This document shows, one piece after another, positions 1 to 10,807 of a stretch of DNA of 64,000 nt. Origin of the DNA: Ignavibacteria bacterium UBA2333 (GTDB lineage Bacteria; Bacteroidota; Ignavibacteria; Kapaibacteriales; Kapaibacteriaceae); NCBI GenBank assembly GCA_002344895.1, contig DDUR01000061.1, forward strand, positions 45,879 to 109,878. Direction: 5' to 3'. A program made the translations under genes and the position numbers. The notes under the pieces were generated by a model. That model had not been told where the DNA came from. It did no database searches and saw nothing but the letters and a program-made list of their open reading frames with translations. Every line of letters begins with the position of its first letter. Position 1 is the first letter of the stretch.

Positions 1-1
1 G

Positions 2-3000
2 CGCCGCGGATGGGACGAATCGGTTATCCTATCACCTGGCGCACCGTGTAGGATTATAAAGGTGCGTGTCTACTATGCCGGCACAGGAACGGATACTCTC
101 CGGATTGTGGGTGATGCATCAGAAGGAACTCTTCCGCCTACACAGTATGTGCATTCATACAACACACTCGGAAGTGCTGTCGTAAACGTTACCGCTCCCG
201 GATGGTATGATGTCGACGTTACGTCAGCCAACATTCGGATTGGCGGTTACGATCGCATTGTTGTCCAGCATATCATCAGCGCAAATGGACCTGCCTTTGG
301 AATGGATTCAGACGGCATGGGTGCGGTAACATCCTACATCTATGACCCGATAACGCCCAACGCAAACTTTTTTAATATTCCGGGCATCTATTACCGTGCT
401 GCAGCAGACTTTATGGTTCGCTTAGTTGTTGACTATACGTCACAACTTGACTACCCGCAGTTGCCTGTTCCCGCGAAGTTTGTTGATGTAACACGGCAGA
501 GCGGACTGCTAGACGCCTCAGGGCAATTCCTTCGTGCTGATATGGCATCCATCGTTGATTGGAACTCAGACGGTTTTGAAGACGTGGCTGTTGGTGGTCG
601 TTTTTTTCAAAATCAAGGCGACGGCACATTTAGATCTGTCGAGATCGGAATAACAGGTAGTGTGACGTCGTGGGCAGACATCGACGGTGATGGTGATATG
701 GATTGTATGGCTGTGAATGGTTTCCGGAACGATCGATTCTATCGCAACGATGGCGGTACGTTTTTTGACGTCACTGATGAGACGGACTTTTCGAACGATG
801 CACCTGCTGTGACGCCGTTGTGGTTTGACTACGATGGTGACGGAGACATCGACATCTTTATCGCCAATGGTCGTCGCGAACAGAATGGCACAGAAACCTA
901 CTATCGTGATGAACTCTATACGAACAATGGCGACTGGACGTTTACGCAGTCGACACTCTCGTCGCGAATCGCTGCGGCAGAACCACCGCCCTTTTTTGAC
1001 ACGTGGGGTGCTTCCTTATGTGACTTTAACGATGATGGCCGCACGGACATCTTTGTGGCTACGTACCGTTTGGCACCAGATAGACTCTATCGTAACAATG
1101 GTGATGGCACGTTTACCGATGTATCCACATCTTCCGGTATTCGAGGCATGGCGACGTCGGTACCAGACTACTTTGGCCATGGAATGGGCAGTGACTGGGC
1201 AGATATCGACAACGATGGTGACGCTGATTGTGCCGTAGGTAATCTCGGCCATCCGGAATATCGTGGACAGTTCAGTAATCCGTCGCTCCTCTGGATGAAC
1301 AACGGTGGAACCGATCCAAGCTTTACTCCACGTCGTGCTCATGAGGGAGGAGTCACCTTTCGGGAAATGAATGCCGGAATGTGTTTTGTTGATTTTGACC
1401 ACGACGGGCTTACCGATCTGTGGCATGGCCAGATATCATATTCACCACGTAATCAGGATAGTGTGCGATATGCACGCCTCTTCAGAAACATGGGCACATC
1501 ATTCGCCGATGTGACCTGGCAGGCTGGGCTCGACATTCATGGTGCGTGGACTGCCGTCCGATTTGACTATGACGGTGATGGTGACCTTGACCTTCTCTGC
1601 GCAAGTGGCACAGACAACGTAAAACTGTTTCGTAATGACATGTCCACTCACGGTTCATCACTGACCCTTGAACTCGCGCCGACATTAACAGAGTACGGCA
1701 CGCGCCGAGGATACGGTAGCAAGGTAACGGTGATAACCGATGGACGCCGCCAAACTGCATGGTTACCTGGAACCGTTAGTGGAGGTCGTGCATCGGCGAT
1801 GTCTGAACGCATACACTTTGGACTTGGAGATGCCACGACGATTGACACGATCCTCATTCGTTGGACGAATGGACAAACAACAACGATGACCAATGTATTG
1901 GCTGATGTACGATTAACGGTAGATGAACGTGGGAGATCGACGGTACTTGGTCGCCCCACACCGCGACAACGGGCTCCAGAACATGGTAGCGAGCGCTTGA
2001 CAACAATGGTTGAGTTTTACTGGTCACTCACGAACAGCTCAGCGGTAACCACACAACGTTTAGAAATTTCCAGAGATTCTAGTTTTGTATCACCAATGAC
2101 GGTTAGGACATACGATTCACAGCGTCGGCGTGACACGGTTCGTTTAGACAATGGAACGTGGTACTGGCGTCTTGTTGCTACAACGTCTGGCGATTCGACA
2201 CGATCACCAGTGTGGATGTGTTCTGTTGGAGCTCCTTTGCCCCTTTCACCCCTTTTACAACGTCCTTCAAAAGACTCACAGAACGTTGGAACGCGTCAGC
2301 AAAACTTTACATTTCGCCCTCGCGGATATGGTTCTCAACGACCCTATCCTACAACGTATTCCCTGCGCATTGCACGGGATTCGAGTTTAGCTGACATCGT
2401 TGCGGATACCGTGATCGGAAGTGACTCATCGTTGGCTGGTCTACCCCTTGAACCCACAACGACGTACTACTGGGATGTACGAGCCGTGTCACCATTCTCA
2501 ACAGTGGTTCATTCAGACGTGTGGTCATTCACGACGTATGGGATACCAGGAGCACCTCTATTACTTCGGCCGGATGATGGTGCCATCAACATCGTTCCAC
2601 GGCCACGACTGGGTTGGGAGCCCGTTAGTTCAGCTGACAAGGGGTATGATATTGAATACGATACCCTGGCAGACTTCTCAACATCTACGGTGCGTGAACG
2701 TGCAGACACGGCACTCCAGGTAACAGCACCGCTCAAGGTTGGCCGGCGATACTACTGGCGAGTTCGAGCAAAAAATGATGCGGGGACAGGTCCTTGGAGT
2801 ATGACACGTTCGTTTACCGTAACATCAACGACTGCTGTTGATGATTCATACCCTACCGAGGAACATGTGTCCATCCGAGTCTTTACGCTACTTGGTGTTG
2901 AGGTATGCAGGCGTGACAACGTCATCCTCCGACATGGATCCGAACTTGTTAGTGTAGACACCATCCTACCGACATCAGGATACTATCTCGTTGAAGTTGA

Positions 3001-3046
3001 AGGGCGGAAAGGCCGACACTTTCTTCCTATCGTCGTCACGAAGTAG
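2..3046 (+). CDS. FG-GAP/VCBS-repeat plus ASPIC/UnbV (CRTAC1-like) secreted protein with three Fn3-like repeats and a T9SS C-terminal sorting domain; 5' partial
   Basis: The frame stays open from nt 2 to the listed GTG at 62 and there is no signal peptide, so the gene starts upstream of the window. It has repeated DxDGDGDxD and NxGDGTF FG-GAP loops. An UnbV/ASPIC-like block is present ([16 protein letters not shown]...HFGLG...IRWTNG). Three ~95-aa repeats each carry (Y/W)YW(R/D)(V/L)(R/V)A...W. The beta-rich tail ...[22 protein letters not shown] looks like a T9SS CTD. Confidence 0.8.
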   Translation, partial: RRGWDESVILSPGAPCRIIKVRVYYAGTGTDTLRIVGDASEGTLPPTQYVHSYNTLGSAVVNVTAPGWYDVDVTSANIRIGGYDRIVVQHIISANGPAFGMDSDGMGAVTSYIYDPITPNANFFNIPGIYYRAAADFMVRLVVDYTSQLDYPQLPVPAKFVDVTRQSGLLDASGQFLRADMASIVDWNSDGFEDVAVGGRFFQNQGDGTFRSVEIGITGSVTSWADIDGDGDMDCMAVNGFRNDRFYRNDGGTFFDVTDETDFSNDAPAVTPLWFDYDGDGDIDIFIANGRREQNGTETYYRDELYTNNGDWTFTQSTLSSRIAAAEPPPFFDTWGASLCDFNDDGRTDIFVATYRLAPDRLYRNNGDGTFTDVSTSSGIRGMATSVPDYFGHGMGSDWADIDNDGDADCAVGNLGHPEYRGQFSNPSLLWMNNGGTDPSFTPRRAHEGGVTFREMNAGMCFVDFDHDGLTDLWHGQISYSPRNQDSVRYARLFRNMGTSFADVTWQAGLDIHGAWTAVRFDYDGDGDLDLLCASGTDNVKLFRNDMSTHGSSLTLELAPTLTEYGTRRGYGSKVTVITDGRRQTAWLPGTVSGGRASAMSERIHFGLGDATTIDTILIRWTNGQTTTMTNVLADVRLTVDERGRSTVLGRPTPRQRAPEHGSERLTTMVEFYWSLTNSSAVTTQRLEISRDSSFVSPMTVRTYDSQRRRDTVRLDNGTWYWRLVATTSGDSTRSPVWMCSVGAPLPLSPLLQRPSKDSQNVGTRQQNFTFRPRGYGSQRPYPTTYSLRIARDSSLADIVADTVIGSDSSLAGLPLEPTTTYYWDVRAVSPFSTVVHSDVWSFTTYGIPGAPLLLRPDDGAINIVPRPRLGWEPVSSADKGYDIEYDTLADFSTSTVRERADTALQVTAPLKVGRRYYWRVRAKNDAGTGPWSMTRSFTVTSTTAVDDSYPTEEHVSIRVFTLLGVEVCRRDNVILRHGSELVSVDTILPTSGYYLVEVEGRKGRHFLPIVVTK
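2239..2256 (+). repeat. Bipartite C-tract motif copy (GCCCCTTTCACCCCTTTT)
   Basis: Two CCCCTT hexamers 9 nt apart, inside CDS 1, encoding PLPLSPLL in a linker. Confidence 0.6.
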
Positions 3047-3054
3047 GCCTCACC

Positions 3055-3062
3055 TATCTTTG
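3055..3062 (+). promoter_or_regulatory. Bacteroidota-type sigma-A -7 box (TAnnTTTG) upstream of the UDP-xylose synthase gene
   Basis: Exact TATCTTTG, ending only 4 nt before the ATG at 3067. This would give a leaderless or near-leaderless mRNA. Confidence 0.35.
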
Positions 3063-3066
3063 CCCC

Positions 3067-4011
3067 ATGTCGAGAATCCTTGTAACCGGCGGCGCCGGTT
3101 TCCTCGGTTCGCATCTCTGCGAACGCCTCCTTGCCGACGGCCACCGTGTTGTCTGTATGGACAACTTTATCACCGGACGAGCTGAGAATATTGCCCACCT
3201 CATTGGCAATGCATCGTTTGAGCTTGTGCAGTATGATGTGACGAACTTCATCCACGTACCTGGTGAAGTTTCGGCCGTCATGCACTTTGCCTCACCTGCC
3301 TCACCGATTGACTACCTCAAGTTTCCAATCCAGACACTTAAGGTTGGTAGTCTTGGAACACATAAGGCTCTTGGTCTTGCCAAGGCAAAGGGAGCTCGAT
3401 TCCTTCTCGCCTCGACATCCGAAGTGTACGGTGACCCACTTGTCCATCCACAGCCGGAAACATACTGGGGGAATGTGAACCCCGTAGGTATACGTGGAGT
3501 CTACGACGAAGCAAAACGTTTTGCTGAGGCAATGACGATGGCCTATCATCGCTACCATGGTGTAGAGACACGTATCGTACGAATCTTTAACACGTATGGT
3601 CCGCGGATGCGTGTTGAAGACGGGCGCGCTATTCCTGCCTTTATCGGACAGTGTTTACATGGAGAGAATGTCACCGTCTTTGGCGATGGATCGCAGACAC
3701 GCAGTGTCTGTTACGTAGATGACCTCATCGACGGAATTATTCGACTCTTGTGGAGTGACATATCGGATCCAGTGAACATTGGCAATCCCGATGAAATCTC
3801 CATGAAAGGACTCGCAGAAGAAGTCATCGCCTTGACAGGATCAACGAGTACGATAATCCATAAGGATTTGCCGCAAGACGATCCGAAAATTCGTCAACCG
3901 GATATCACCGTTGCACGCACGAAACTCAACTGGCAGCCGAAGGTTCAACGTGAGGAAGGTCTACAGCGGACAATTGCATGGTTTCGCAGTGAACTCGGGA
4001 TATCCGCATGA
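3067..4011 (+). CDS. UDP-glucuronate decarboxylase (UDP-xylose synthase), extended SDR family
   Basis: Rossmann motif GGAGFLGSH at the N-terminus, catalytic YDEAKR (YxxxK), 314 aa, collinear with the UXS/ArnA-decarboxylase type of NAD-dependent epimerase/dehydratase. Confidence 0.85.
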   Translation: MSRILVTGGAGFLGSHLCERLLADGHRVVCMDNFITGRAENIAHLIGNASFELVQYDVTNFIHVPGEVSAVMHFASPASPIDYLKFPIQTLKVGSLGTHKALGLAKAKGARFLLASTSEVYGDPLVHPQPETYWGNVNPVGIRGVYDEAKRFAEAMTMAYHRYHGVETRIVRIFNTYGPRMRVEDGRAIPAFIGQCLHGENVTVFGDGSQTRSVCYVDDLIDGIIRLLWSDISDPVNIGNPDEISMKGLAEEVIALTGSTSTIIHKDLPQDDPKIRQPDITVARTKLNWQPKVQREEGLQRTIAWFRSELGISA

Positions 4012-4994
4012 CGTCTGCCCTTCGGGCAATACGACGCAAACTCGCGGGACTCGTCAATCGAGATGCTCCTGAGTATGCTTCGTTCCTTTCCTTTGTCGCC
4101 TGCGTCATTCTTGCCGTAGGCAGTATCGGTATTGGTCTTGCACAACACTCGCTGATTGTTCAGACCAATGGATACATCACGTTGATCGACATTGGTAATT
4201 CACTGCTGTTCTTAACGGCCGTACGACGAAGCTCACGGAATGCCGATCTGACGTTTAACTATGGATATGGCAAGTATGAATCACTTGCCATTCTCGCCAG
4301 TGCAACATTGTTGTTTGTCCTCACACTATTCACCTTTAGCGAGGCTATCGGTGTCTTTCGTCAACCGCCTGACGATCGGAATATTAGTGTTCTTCTTGTC
4401 TGGAGTGTAGTGTCCTTCTTCGTCATGCGATACACGGCTCGCAGACTTGAAAAATCTGCTCGACGGTTTCATATGCCCATGTTGCACTACGATGCAGAGT
4501 TATGGCGTGTTGACTCCTGGGTTGAAGTGATCGTCGTCCTTGGTTTGCTTGCTAGTGGTGCGCTACAGTACTTCAGCTCCTATGGTACAGCAGCCATCGT
4601 TGACGGCGTTGTTTCCATTACACTTATCCTTGTTACGGTCAAAGTACCTCTACGACATGGCAGGGATGCCTTCCGTCAACTTCTTGACAGAACACTTCCC
4701 GATGAGATGCAATATGAGATTCTAGCCATCATCGCAGAGAATTACCATCGAATGTGCGAATTCCGAAGTGTTCATACCCGCCAATCTGGTAAGGATATCT
4801 TTGTTGAGATCGACCTTGTAATGCCATATGACTACACGCTGGAAAAACTGTATGAGACCGAAAAGGAAATCCTCTCCGGAATAAACGCAAAGTTCCCTAC
4901 GGCCTTACCGCGTGTGTACGTAACGCCATGTGATAAAACCTGCGTCAACGGAACGACTGCCTGTCCGGTTCGGCAAGCAATGACGTCGTCGTAA
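4008..4994 (+). CDS. Cation diffusion facilitator (CDF) family transporter
   Basis: About six predicted TM helices followed by a cytoplasmic domain. CDF-like signature ...[15 protein letters not shown]... and C-terminal ...[18 protein letters not shown]. The ATG overlaps the upstream stop (ATGA at 4008-4011). Confidence 0.7.
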   Translation: MTSALRAIRRKLAGLVNRDAPEYASFLSFVACVILAVGSIGIGLAQHSLIVQTNGYITLIDIGNSLLFLTAVRRSSRNADLTFNYGYGKYESLAILASATLLFVLTLFTFSEAIGVFRQPPDDRNISVLLVWSVVSFFVMRYTARRLEKSARRFHMPMLHYDAELWRVDSWVEVIVVLGLLASGALQYFSSYGTAAIVDGVVSITLILVTVKVPLRHGRDAFRQLLDRTLPDEMQYEILAIIAENYHRMCEFRSVHTRQSGKDIFVEIDLVMPYDYTLEKLYETEKEILSGINAKFPTALPRVYVTPCDKTCVNGTTACPVRQAMTSS

Positions 4995-5028
4995 CGACTG
5001 AATTCAGCAACTACGTAGACGTCGTCCG

Positions 5029-6495
5029 TTAGAACGACGGTTCTGGTCCCGACCCGATATACCCTCCGCCAGCACCATCATCAAACTGTTCTGGATGGTA
5101 TGTAAGATCGTGGAATGCAGCAAGCTCCTTGTGATAAAACAGCTTAACATCGCCCGTAGGACCGTTACGTTGCTTACCGATAATAATCTCGGCAATATTC
5201 TCTGTTGACCGTCCATCTTCAAAGGTTGCAATCTTATAGTACTCTGGTCGGTGCACAAACATCACGACGTCAGCATCCTGCTCAATCGACCCAGATTCCC
5301 GCAAATCACTCAACATTGGTCGTTTATCAGCACGCGACTCAAGCGTACGGTTTAACTGCGACAAAGCGACGATCGGAATATTGAGTTCCTTGGCAACCTG
5401 CTTTAACGTATGCGAAATCACACTGATTTCTCGTTCACGGCTCTCTGCTTTTGGAGCATGCATCAGCTGAAGGTAGTCGACGATAACAAGGTCAACCTTG
5501 TGCTCAGCCTTCATTCGACGGCACTTAGCGCGGAACTCAACTGGTGTAATTGCTGCCGAGTCATCGATGTAGATCGGCGCATTCATCAGCTTGTCGATCT
5601 TCGCAACGAGATCATGCATATCCTTTTGCGACAGACGGCCAGTCCGAAGATTTTGTAGAGGCACTTCAGCATCTGCGGAAATCAAGCGCAGTACCAGCTG
5701 CTGTGCCGACATTTCCAACGAGAAGAATCCAACAGACTTTCCTTTGCGGGCTGCCTCGCGTGCGATCGAAAGAGCGAATGCCGTCTTTCCCATGGATGGA
5801 CGCGCAGCAAGGATAATCAGATCGCTTGGCTGAAGACCACTCAGCAGCATGTCAAGTTGTGCGAATCCGGTGGGAACACCGGTTATACCATCACCTTCAC
5901 CACCTGCCAAGGCAAATATTTTCTCAATTGCATCCTTCGTGAGCTTCTTCATGCCCGAGTAAGAGCGCTTGAGGCGTTTTTCGGCCACGTCAAAGATGCG
6001 TTGCTCCGCTCTGTCTACTTCGTCAAGTGCATCTGTTGTATCATCAAAACAGTCCGCAATGATTTCACCGGCAACGCGGATAAGCTGACGTTTGAGATAT
6101 CTTTCAAGGACAATACGTGCATGATGTTCAACGTTTGCTGCCGTCACGGTCCGCGCACTGATTTCCGTCAAGGCAAACATGCCACCAACACGATCGAGCT
6201 CTCCGGTACGCGTCAACTCATTTGTGAGCGTCACAAGGTCAATAGTCACACCACGCTCAAACATGGCCATCATGGCCTTAAAAATTGTCGTATGAGCTTC
6301 GTGATAAAAACACTCAGGTTCAAGAACTTCAACAACCTTACTTACAGCATCCTTGTCGATGAGCATCGCACCTAGGACGGCAGTCTCAGCCTCGTTTGAA
6401 TGCGGAGGAACTTGTCCGGCTACATCGCCAATATTGATGATTCGTGCCGGCTCTTGCCGATCACGTCGTGAGGAGGAATACGAACCAGATGCCAT
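5029..6495 (-). CDS. dnaB: Replicative DNA helicase DnaB
   Basis: N-terminal PPHSNEAETAVLGAMLID, Walker A AARPSMGKTAF, Walker B LVIVDYLQLM, and RESGSIEQDAD. Start moved to the ATG at 6495 (MASGSY...). The 34 upstream codons of the tracked ORF are a C-tract leader, not DnaB-like sequence. Confidence 0.95.
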   Translation of the reverse strand: MASGSYSSSRRDRQEPARIINIGDVAGQVPPHSNEAETAVLGAMLIDKDAVSKVVEVLEPECFYHEAHTTIFKAMMAMFERGVTIDLVTLTNELTRTGELDRVGGMFALTEISARTVTAANVEHHARIVLERYLKRQLIRVAGEIIADCFDDTTDALDEVDRAEQRIFDVAEKRLKRSYSGMKKLTKDAIEKIFALAGGEGDGITGVPTGFAQLDMLLSGLQPSDLIILAARPSMGKTAFALSIAREAARKGKSVGFFSLEMSAQQLVLRLISADAEVPLQNLRTGRLSQKDMHDLVAKIDKLMNAPIYIDDSAAITPVEFRAKCRRMKAEHKVDLVIVDYLQLMHAPKAESREREISVISHTLKQVAKELNIPIVALSQLNRTLESRADKRPMLSDLRESGSIEQDADVVMFVHRPEYYKIATFEDGRSTENIAEIIIGKQRNGPTGDVKLFYHKELAAFHDLTYHPEQFDDGAGGGYIGSGPEPSF

Positions 6496-6519
6496 GCAGG
6501 TCAGGGGGGAAACGTCAGC

Positions 6520-6538
6520 GGAAAGGGGTAAAGGGGGC
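6520..6538 (-). repeat. Bipartite C-tract motif copy (GCCCCCTTTACCCCTTTCC on the minus strand)
   Basis: In the dnaB 5' leader, sense orientation, 25-43 nt upstream of the ATG at 6495. Confidence 0.6.
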
Positions 6539-6744
6539 AGACTACCACGATAGGTGGAGGGTGGAGGTCGTATTGCCCAGAAGTCCAACATTACCAAATC
6601 CTACTGAGGACATGAGCCCTCTGTTATTCCATAGTTTCCACGACGGTGGCACCAACTATCACCACATTGTCCACATTAACTCAGATCGTCAGGTCAGTGT
6701 ATTTCCACGTACGTAAAACACTTGACATGACACGTATTTTTGCG

Positions 6745-6752
6745 TACCTTTG
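6745..6752 (+). promoter_or_regulatory. Candidate promoter: TTGACA (6722-6727), 17 bp spacer, then TACCTTTG (-7 box TAnnTTTG)
   Basis: Exact TAnnTTTG match with a TTGACA hexamer 17 bp upstream. It lies about 60 nt before the lipoprotein ATG at 6811. A 7-bp hairpin CTCTCCC/GGGAGAG (6771-6789) lies in the predicted leader. Confidence 0.4.
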
Positions 6753-6810
6753 TGTGAGACCTCTCCCAAGGGGGGAGAGAGTGTCCTACCCATCAAGGGA
6801 GGATTTGACA

Positions 6811-7725
6811 ATGTGTGGGCAACACAACACGCGCACCCGCCACCGGAAGTTGGGCACTTTCGGACGCGGCGGAGTGACACACGTCGCCATGTGGGCAATA
6901 TTGGCGACTGCTCTCGCGAGCTGTGTCACAGAACCAGATGTCCTCGATTTTCCGGATGCTACCGAAGTCCGTCAGACGTTGACGGGTGGAAATAGCAGGG
7001 CATGGGAAGTCGTTTCCATAACTACGGATTCCTCCGGCAGAACGGGCCTTATGGGGCCTCGTGAGGATATCGTCGTCTTTACAGCCGATGGTATCGGCGT
7101 AGCGTTTACGGAGTCATCAGATGGTGACATACGTAAGGGGCCTATTGGCGACGTCTTTAACTATGTCCTGCTTGGGCTGAACGATGGATTCCGGATGTTA
7201 TCAGCTGGGCATGATGCAAACGAGGCTGATATCCGCAGACTCGTTTTTAAAGACTGTACGTCTGATGGTATCAACGTTGAAGATCACTCGGTATCCGGCC
7301 AGGTTCGTCGACTGCGACTCGCTCCGGTGCTGCGTCAGCGTCAGGACAACATTCCCGTTGCCTTGGCAGGGCGAGAAGTAAAACTCTGGCACGCCACAAA
7401 CATCGCCGTTATTCGCGGTCAAGATGTTGACGTAACAGATTGTACGCAGGACGACGTACTTCTCATGGCAAGCAGTGGTCGTGGATGGTATTCGCGTGGC
7501 GGTTGTGACTGCCTGCCAAATTCTGCACGAAACGGTGGTTCATTTGACTTCCAGCTCGACAGTCGTACAGGAAGGATGATGCTCGTTGCACGTGCACCTG
7601 GGAACCCAGCACCTCCAGCAGACACGATGCGAATTGTGAATCTTTCCGATCGTGAGCTTGTCGTTGAGTCAACCGACCCGTTTAACAAGGTGACAACAAT
7701 TCGAACGTTTGAGGCAATGCGCTAA
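6811..7725 (+). CDS. Hypothetical lipoprotein
   Basis: Lipobox-like ...WAILATALAS|C. No recognisable catalytic motif. The start is uncertain: ATG 6811 is preceded by AAGGGAGGA, and an alternative ATG is at 6889. The tracked start at 6646 would cover the promoter region. Confidence 0.5.
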   Translation: MCGQHNTRTRHRKLGTFGRGGVTHVAMWAILATALASCVTEPDVLDFPDATEVRQTLTGGNSRAWEVVSITTDSSGRTGLMGPREDIVVFTADGIGVAFTESSDGDIRKGPIGDVFNYVLLGLNDGFRMLSAGHDANEADIRRLVFKDCTSDGINVEDHSVSGQVRRLRLAPVLRQRQDNIPVALAGREVKLWHATNIAVIRGQDVDVTDCTQDDVLLMASSGRGWYSRGGCDCLPNSARNGGSFDFQLDSRTGRMMLVARAPGNPAPPADTMRIVNLSDRELVVESTDPFNKVTTIRTFEAMR

Positions 7726-7805
7726 CGGTGCGCAGCAACAGTTGCGACCTTACTCATCAGCAACACGCAGACCATACGTCATCTTGTTGCCGAAAACCGT
7801 GTCGA

Positions 7806-8816
7806 CTACGGAATAACGATCTCTCGTTGGAGTTCGGCACTGGCATACATAGCCTCAACAATCTTCATACGTTCAACCGCTTCATCAACCGTGCTGATCA
7901 GGGGCAAGAGTCCCTTGATAGCATGAAAGAAGTGTTTGAATTCCGCTTCGTAACTCTTTCGGTAGAGAGCCATCTTCGCCTTATCACTCTGTGGTGGCTG
8001 TGTTGTGCTAAACACGTTGCCATCGCGTTTGACAAGTTTGAATGGGTTGATAAAGGCACTTCCTTTTTTACCAAAGACGTTGCAGTAGTAGACGTCTTCG
8101 GCACGTACGAGTGACCAGGACGTTTCAACGGTAGCAACAGCTCCGTTTTCGAAGTGGAGCATTGCTACCACAACATCTTCGACGGATTTTGTTTCGTGAT
8201 GGAAGGTGCTGCACGTCACACTTCGCACTCTTCCGAAATTAAACACATGTAATATCATGTCGACAACGACGATACCGAGGTCGACTAATACACCACCACC
8301 AGACTTGTCGGCATTGGCCAACCACTTTGCGTCTGTAGAACGCTGTTTTACCCAACCGGCTTTCACATAAAACACCGGGCCTATCTCGCCACGGTCTACA
8401 GCATTTTTCATCGACACAACGTCCGGACGGAATCGGTGATTCATACCAACCATCACCTTCACGTCGAATTCACGTGCTGCTGATCGAATCTCAAGAGCCT
8501 CTTGAAGTGTCCGCGCTACGGGACGCTCAACAAAGACGTGTTTTCCATGTCGTATGGCCGCAAGTGCCGTCTCGGCATGTGCATCAGTGCTTGTCGTCAC
8601 AAAAACAACGTCAACACCCGGTAGCTTCAGCACGTCATCAATTGAGCGAACGGCGTGGTCTGCTCCATACTTGTCAGCGAGGATCTGCGCTTTTGAGCGT
8701 TGTCTGTCGGCAATGGCAACAAGCTTGATGCCCGACATCGCCGATAACACGGGCAAGTGGACGTTTTGGGCAATGTTGCCCGCTCCAACTATGGCAATAC
8801 CGATACTCATGCTCAT
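7806..8816 (-). CDS. Gfo/Idh/MocA family NAD(P)-dependent oxidoreductase
   Basis: N-terminal Rossmann IGIAIVGAGNIAQNVHLP, family-typical EKP-like block (VFVERP), and an alpha/beta C-terminal domain. Its ATG overlaps the GT9 stop (ATGA, 8813-8816). Confidence 0.8.
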   Translation of the reverse strand: MSMSIGIAIVGAGNIAQNVHLPVLSAMSGIKLVAIADRQRSKAQILADKYGADHAVRSIDDVLKLPGVDVVFVTTSTDAHAETALAAIRHGKHVFVERPVARTLQEALEIRSAAREFDVKVMVGMNHRFRPDVVSMKNAVDRGEIGPVFYVKAGWVKQRSTDAKWLANADKSGGGVLVDLGIVVVDMILHVFNFGRVRSVTCSTFHHETKSVEDVVVAMLHFENGAVATVETSWSLVRAEDVYYCNVFGKKGSAFINPFKLVKRDGNVFSTTQPPQSDKAKMALYRKSYEAEFKHFFHAIKGLLPLISTVDEAVERMKIVEAMYASAELQREIVIP

Positions 8817-9832
8817 AATGAAAGCAATTTACGTGCCCCGTTCACAACGTCATCAACAGAAATTCCCGTCATACATAGGAAATGTCCGCGCGGACATTGT
8901 GACTTTCCAACATGAGAACATGGGCGACAGCCGACGTCGTTCTGGATAATGACATGTGGTACGCCATAGGGTGCAAAACCTAACTCCGGAACCGTTCCTC
9001 CGAAGATCGCGACGATGGGAACATGACGGGCAGACGCGATGTGCATCACTCCCGTATCGTTCGTGATCAGAAGGTCACAGCCATCAAGAGTCTCAATCGT
9101 CGACGCAAGTGTCGTAGCCCCGTCGGCTCGCACAACATCTACTCCGGCTTCTTCCGCAACAGCCGAACATCTTGCTACATCAGCGGGTCCGCCAACAAGA
9201 ACGGCCTGATATCCAAGATGCGTCAGTTGCCGACATACTTCAGCAAACCTTGATATGGGCCAACGTTTGGTCTCGTGATGTGCTCCGGGCGCAATCGCAA
9301 CACGTCCAGTGGCAACTCGGTTGTTTCTGCCCCTTTGTGCCCCCTGACGAAACTCTTCCTCCAACCACAACTCGGGTCCCTCAACATCGAGCACAAGTGG
9401 GTAGTCACGTAACGTTTGCCGGTACCGGTCAACAACAGGAATGGTAACTGCAGGTCGGCGTTTTAGCCACACAAGCAATAGTTTTTCGAGGCGATGTTTA
9501 TTGACAGTAACGTACTCTTTGCCAAGACCCCGAAGAAGTAGTTTCGACCGAACATTTTTCTGCAAGTCAACGACAAGGTCATACAATTCCCCATCGTTGG
9601 CCTCGGCCATGGCAAGTTTTGTATCGTCAATGTGCGTGTCAGCGGCAGAACGTGTCTCAATACTCCAAACGTGCCGGATCCGCGGATTATGTGCCCACAC
9701 CTCGGCGAAGCGCTCATGAACGGCAACGTCAATGGCGGCGTCCGGCCACGTCCGTTGTATCTGCCGGACAAGGGCTGTTACGAGGATAACATCCCCCATT
9801 GAGGAAAGCCTGACAACAAGTATGGAGCGCAT
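8813..9832 (-). CDS. Glycosyltransferase family 9 (LPS heptosyltransferase-like)
   Basis: MRSILVVRLSSMGDVILVTALV N-terminus and C-terminal ...LLITNDTGVMHIASA... are typical of the ADP-heptose:LPS heptosyltransferase fold. Confidence 0.8.
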   Translation of the reverse strand: MRSILVVRLSSMGDVILVTALVRQIQRTWPDAAIDVAVHERFAEVWAHNPRIRHVWSIETRSAADTHIDDTKLAMAEANDGELYDLVVDLQKNVRSKLLLRGLGKEYVTVNKHRLEKLLLVWLKRRPAVTIPVVDRYRQTLRDYPLVLDVEGPELWLEEEFRQGAQRGRNNRVATGRVAIAPGAHHETKRWPISRFAEVCRQLTHLGYQAVLVGGPADVARCSAVAEEAGVDVVRADGATTLASTIETLDGCDLLITNDTGVMHIASARHVPIVAIFGGTVPELGFAPYGVPHVIIQNDVGCRPCSHVGKSQCPRGHFLCMTGISVDDVVNGARKLLSL

Positions 9833-9858
9833 ACGGGCGAGTTTACGATATTTGTGCC

Positions 9859-10203
9859 ATGCGCTTTGCAGTTGAACAAGACGACGAGCTCGTCATCTTT
9901 ACGATCAAGGAATCAATTCTCGACTCCACGAATGCACCGGACGTCAAGAGTGAACTCCTCATTTTGTGCCAGCCCTCCGTTAAGGCACTTGTCATGGACC
10001 TGTCGATGGTCCACTTCTGCGACTCGCAGGGCCTGAGTGCCGTACTGTTGGCGCACCGCCAGATGAAGGACAACGAAGGTTTCGTTGTACTCGTTGGCGT
10101 GCAGGAATCCGTCCGTAAACTTTTTGCGATTTCGCAAATCGAATACCTGTTCGAATTCCAGCCATCGGTTGAAGCCGCAATTAGCTGGCTACAGTCCGAG
10201 TAA
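9859..10203 (+). CDS. STAS-domain anti-sigma-factor antagonist (SpoIIAA/RsbV-like)
   Basis: 114 aa with the STAS pattern ...LVMDLSMVHFCDSQGLSAVL... (DSxG with a phosphorylatable Ser). No partner kinase or anti-sigma gene is adjacent. Confidence 0.8.
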   Translation: MRFAVEQDDELVIFTIKESILDSTNAPDVKSELLILCQPSVKALVMDLSMVHFCDSQGLSAVLLAHRQMKDNEGFVVLVGVQESVRKLFAISQIEYLFEFQPSVEAAISWLQSE

Positions 10204-10234
10204 CACAACAACGTAACCCAGAACTGAAAACGAT

Positions 10235-10269
10235 AAAAGGTTCGTAGCGATTTCGCTACGAACCTTTTT
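10235..10269. terminator. Bidirectional rho-independent terminator between the convergent STAS and nuoC genes
   Basis: AAAA-GGTTCGTAGCG-ATTT-CGCTACGAACC-TTTTT. It has a perfect 11-bp stem and 4-nt loop, with an A-run on one side and a T-run on the other. Confidence 0.85.
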
Positions 10270-10299
10270 CTGTTGACATTCACGAGACCAACCTGTCGA

Positions 10300-10803
10300 C
10301 TACTTCTGCGGCAAGGGTAACGAACCAGGAATACCAGCCAGCGGGAAGTCTTTACGAAGTGGATAGAGTGGCTCCCCGTCGGCATCCATAAAGTCTTCTG
10401 GCATATAGAACCGGCGTAGATCTGGATGACCATCGAAGATGATACCATACATGTCGTAGGCCTCACGTTCGTACCAGTTTGCTCCTTCCCAAAGATCAGT
10501 GACCGTTGGTAGATGCGGTTTGTCCTCACGAACAGCCGTCTTTACGCGAACATGAGTTTTGTTTGGAATCGAGTACAGTATATACACCACCTCAAACCGA
10601 TCTGTCTTCCGAGCCCAATCAATGGCCGTAATGTCTACGCATTGATTAAAGTCCGTGGCAGGATTCTCCTTGAGTTCGGCGAGTACGTCAGTAACAACAT
10701 CGCGACCAACCACGAGGGTGAGGTCGCCGTGGTGCTCAATCACGTCGACGTTTGGAGCGATGTTCTTGGCGACGTTGATGATGATGTTTTTGTCGAGAGC
10801 CAT
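10300..10803 (-). CDS. nuoC: NADH-quinone oxidoreductase subunit C (30-kDa subunit) homologue, stand-alone
   Basis: Signature GANWYEREAYDMYGIIFDGHPDLRRFYMPEDF. Start set to the ATG at 10803 (MALDKN...). No other nuo gene is in the window. Confidence 0.85.
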   Translation of the reverse strand: MALDKNIIINVAKNIAPNVDVIEHHGDLTLVVGRDVVTDVLAELKENPATDFNQCVDITAIDWARKTDRFEVVYILYSIPNKTHVRVKTAVREDKPHLPTVTDLWEGANWYEREAYDMYGIIFDGHPDLRRFYMPEDFMDADGEPLYPLRKDFPLAGIPGSLPLPQK

Positions 10804-10807
10804 GGTG

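Noticed and set aside
6505-6560. G-runs on the plus strand (GGGGGG, GGGG, GGGGG, GGAGGG, GGAGG) as a possible G-quadruplex
   Set aside because: Loop lengths of 15-21 nt are too long for a canonical G4. The tracts are the complement of the C-tract motif already reported.
6496-6597. N-terminal extensions of tracked ORFs: dnaB 6496-6597, hydroxylase 11453-11761, receptor 16735-16869, murA 16906-16959, rpsA 52148-52258, purH 56820-56897, cyclase 60705-60857
   Set aside because: In each case the family-typical N-terminus begins at an internal start codon. The extension covers a promoter, a riboswitch, a C-tract leader or the neighbouring gene.
6667-6675. DnaA-box-like TTGTCCACA, plus TTTCCAC half-sites, in the 315-nt spacer next to dnaB, considered as a possible oriC
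   Set aside because: There is only one 8/9 match, with no cluster of boxes, no AT-rich unwinding element and no dnaA/dnaN nearby. The spacer is better explained as divergent promoters and leaders.
9843-10529. 228-aa minus-strand ORF
   Set aside because: It overlaps the STAS gene in antisense, the bidirectional terminator and part of nuoC, and has no motif support.
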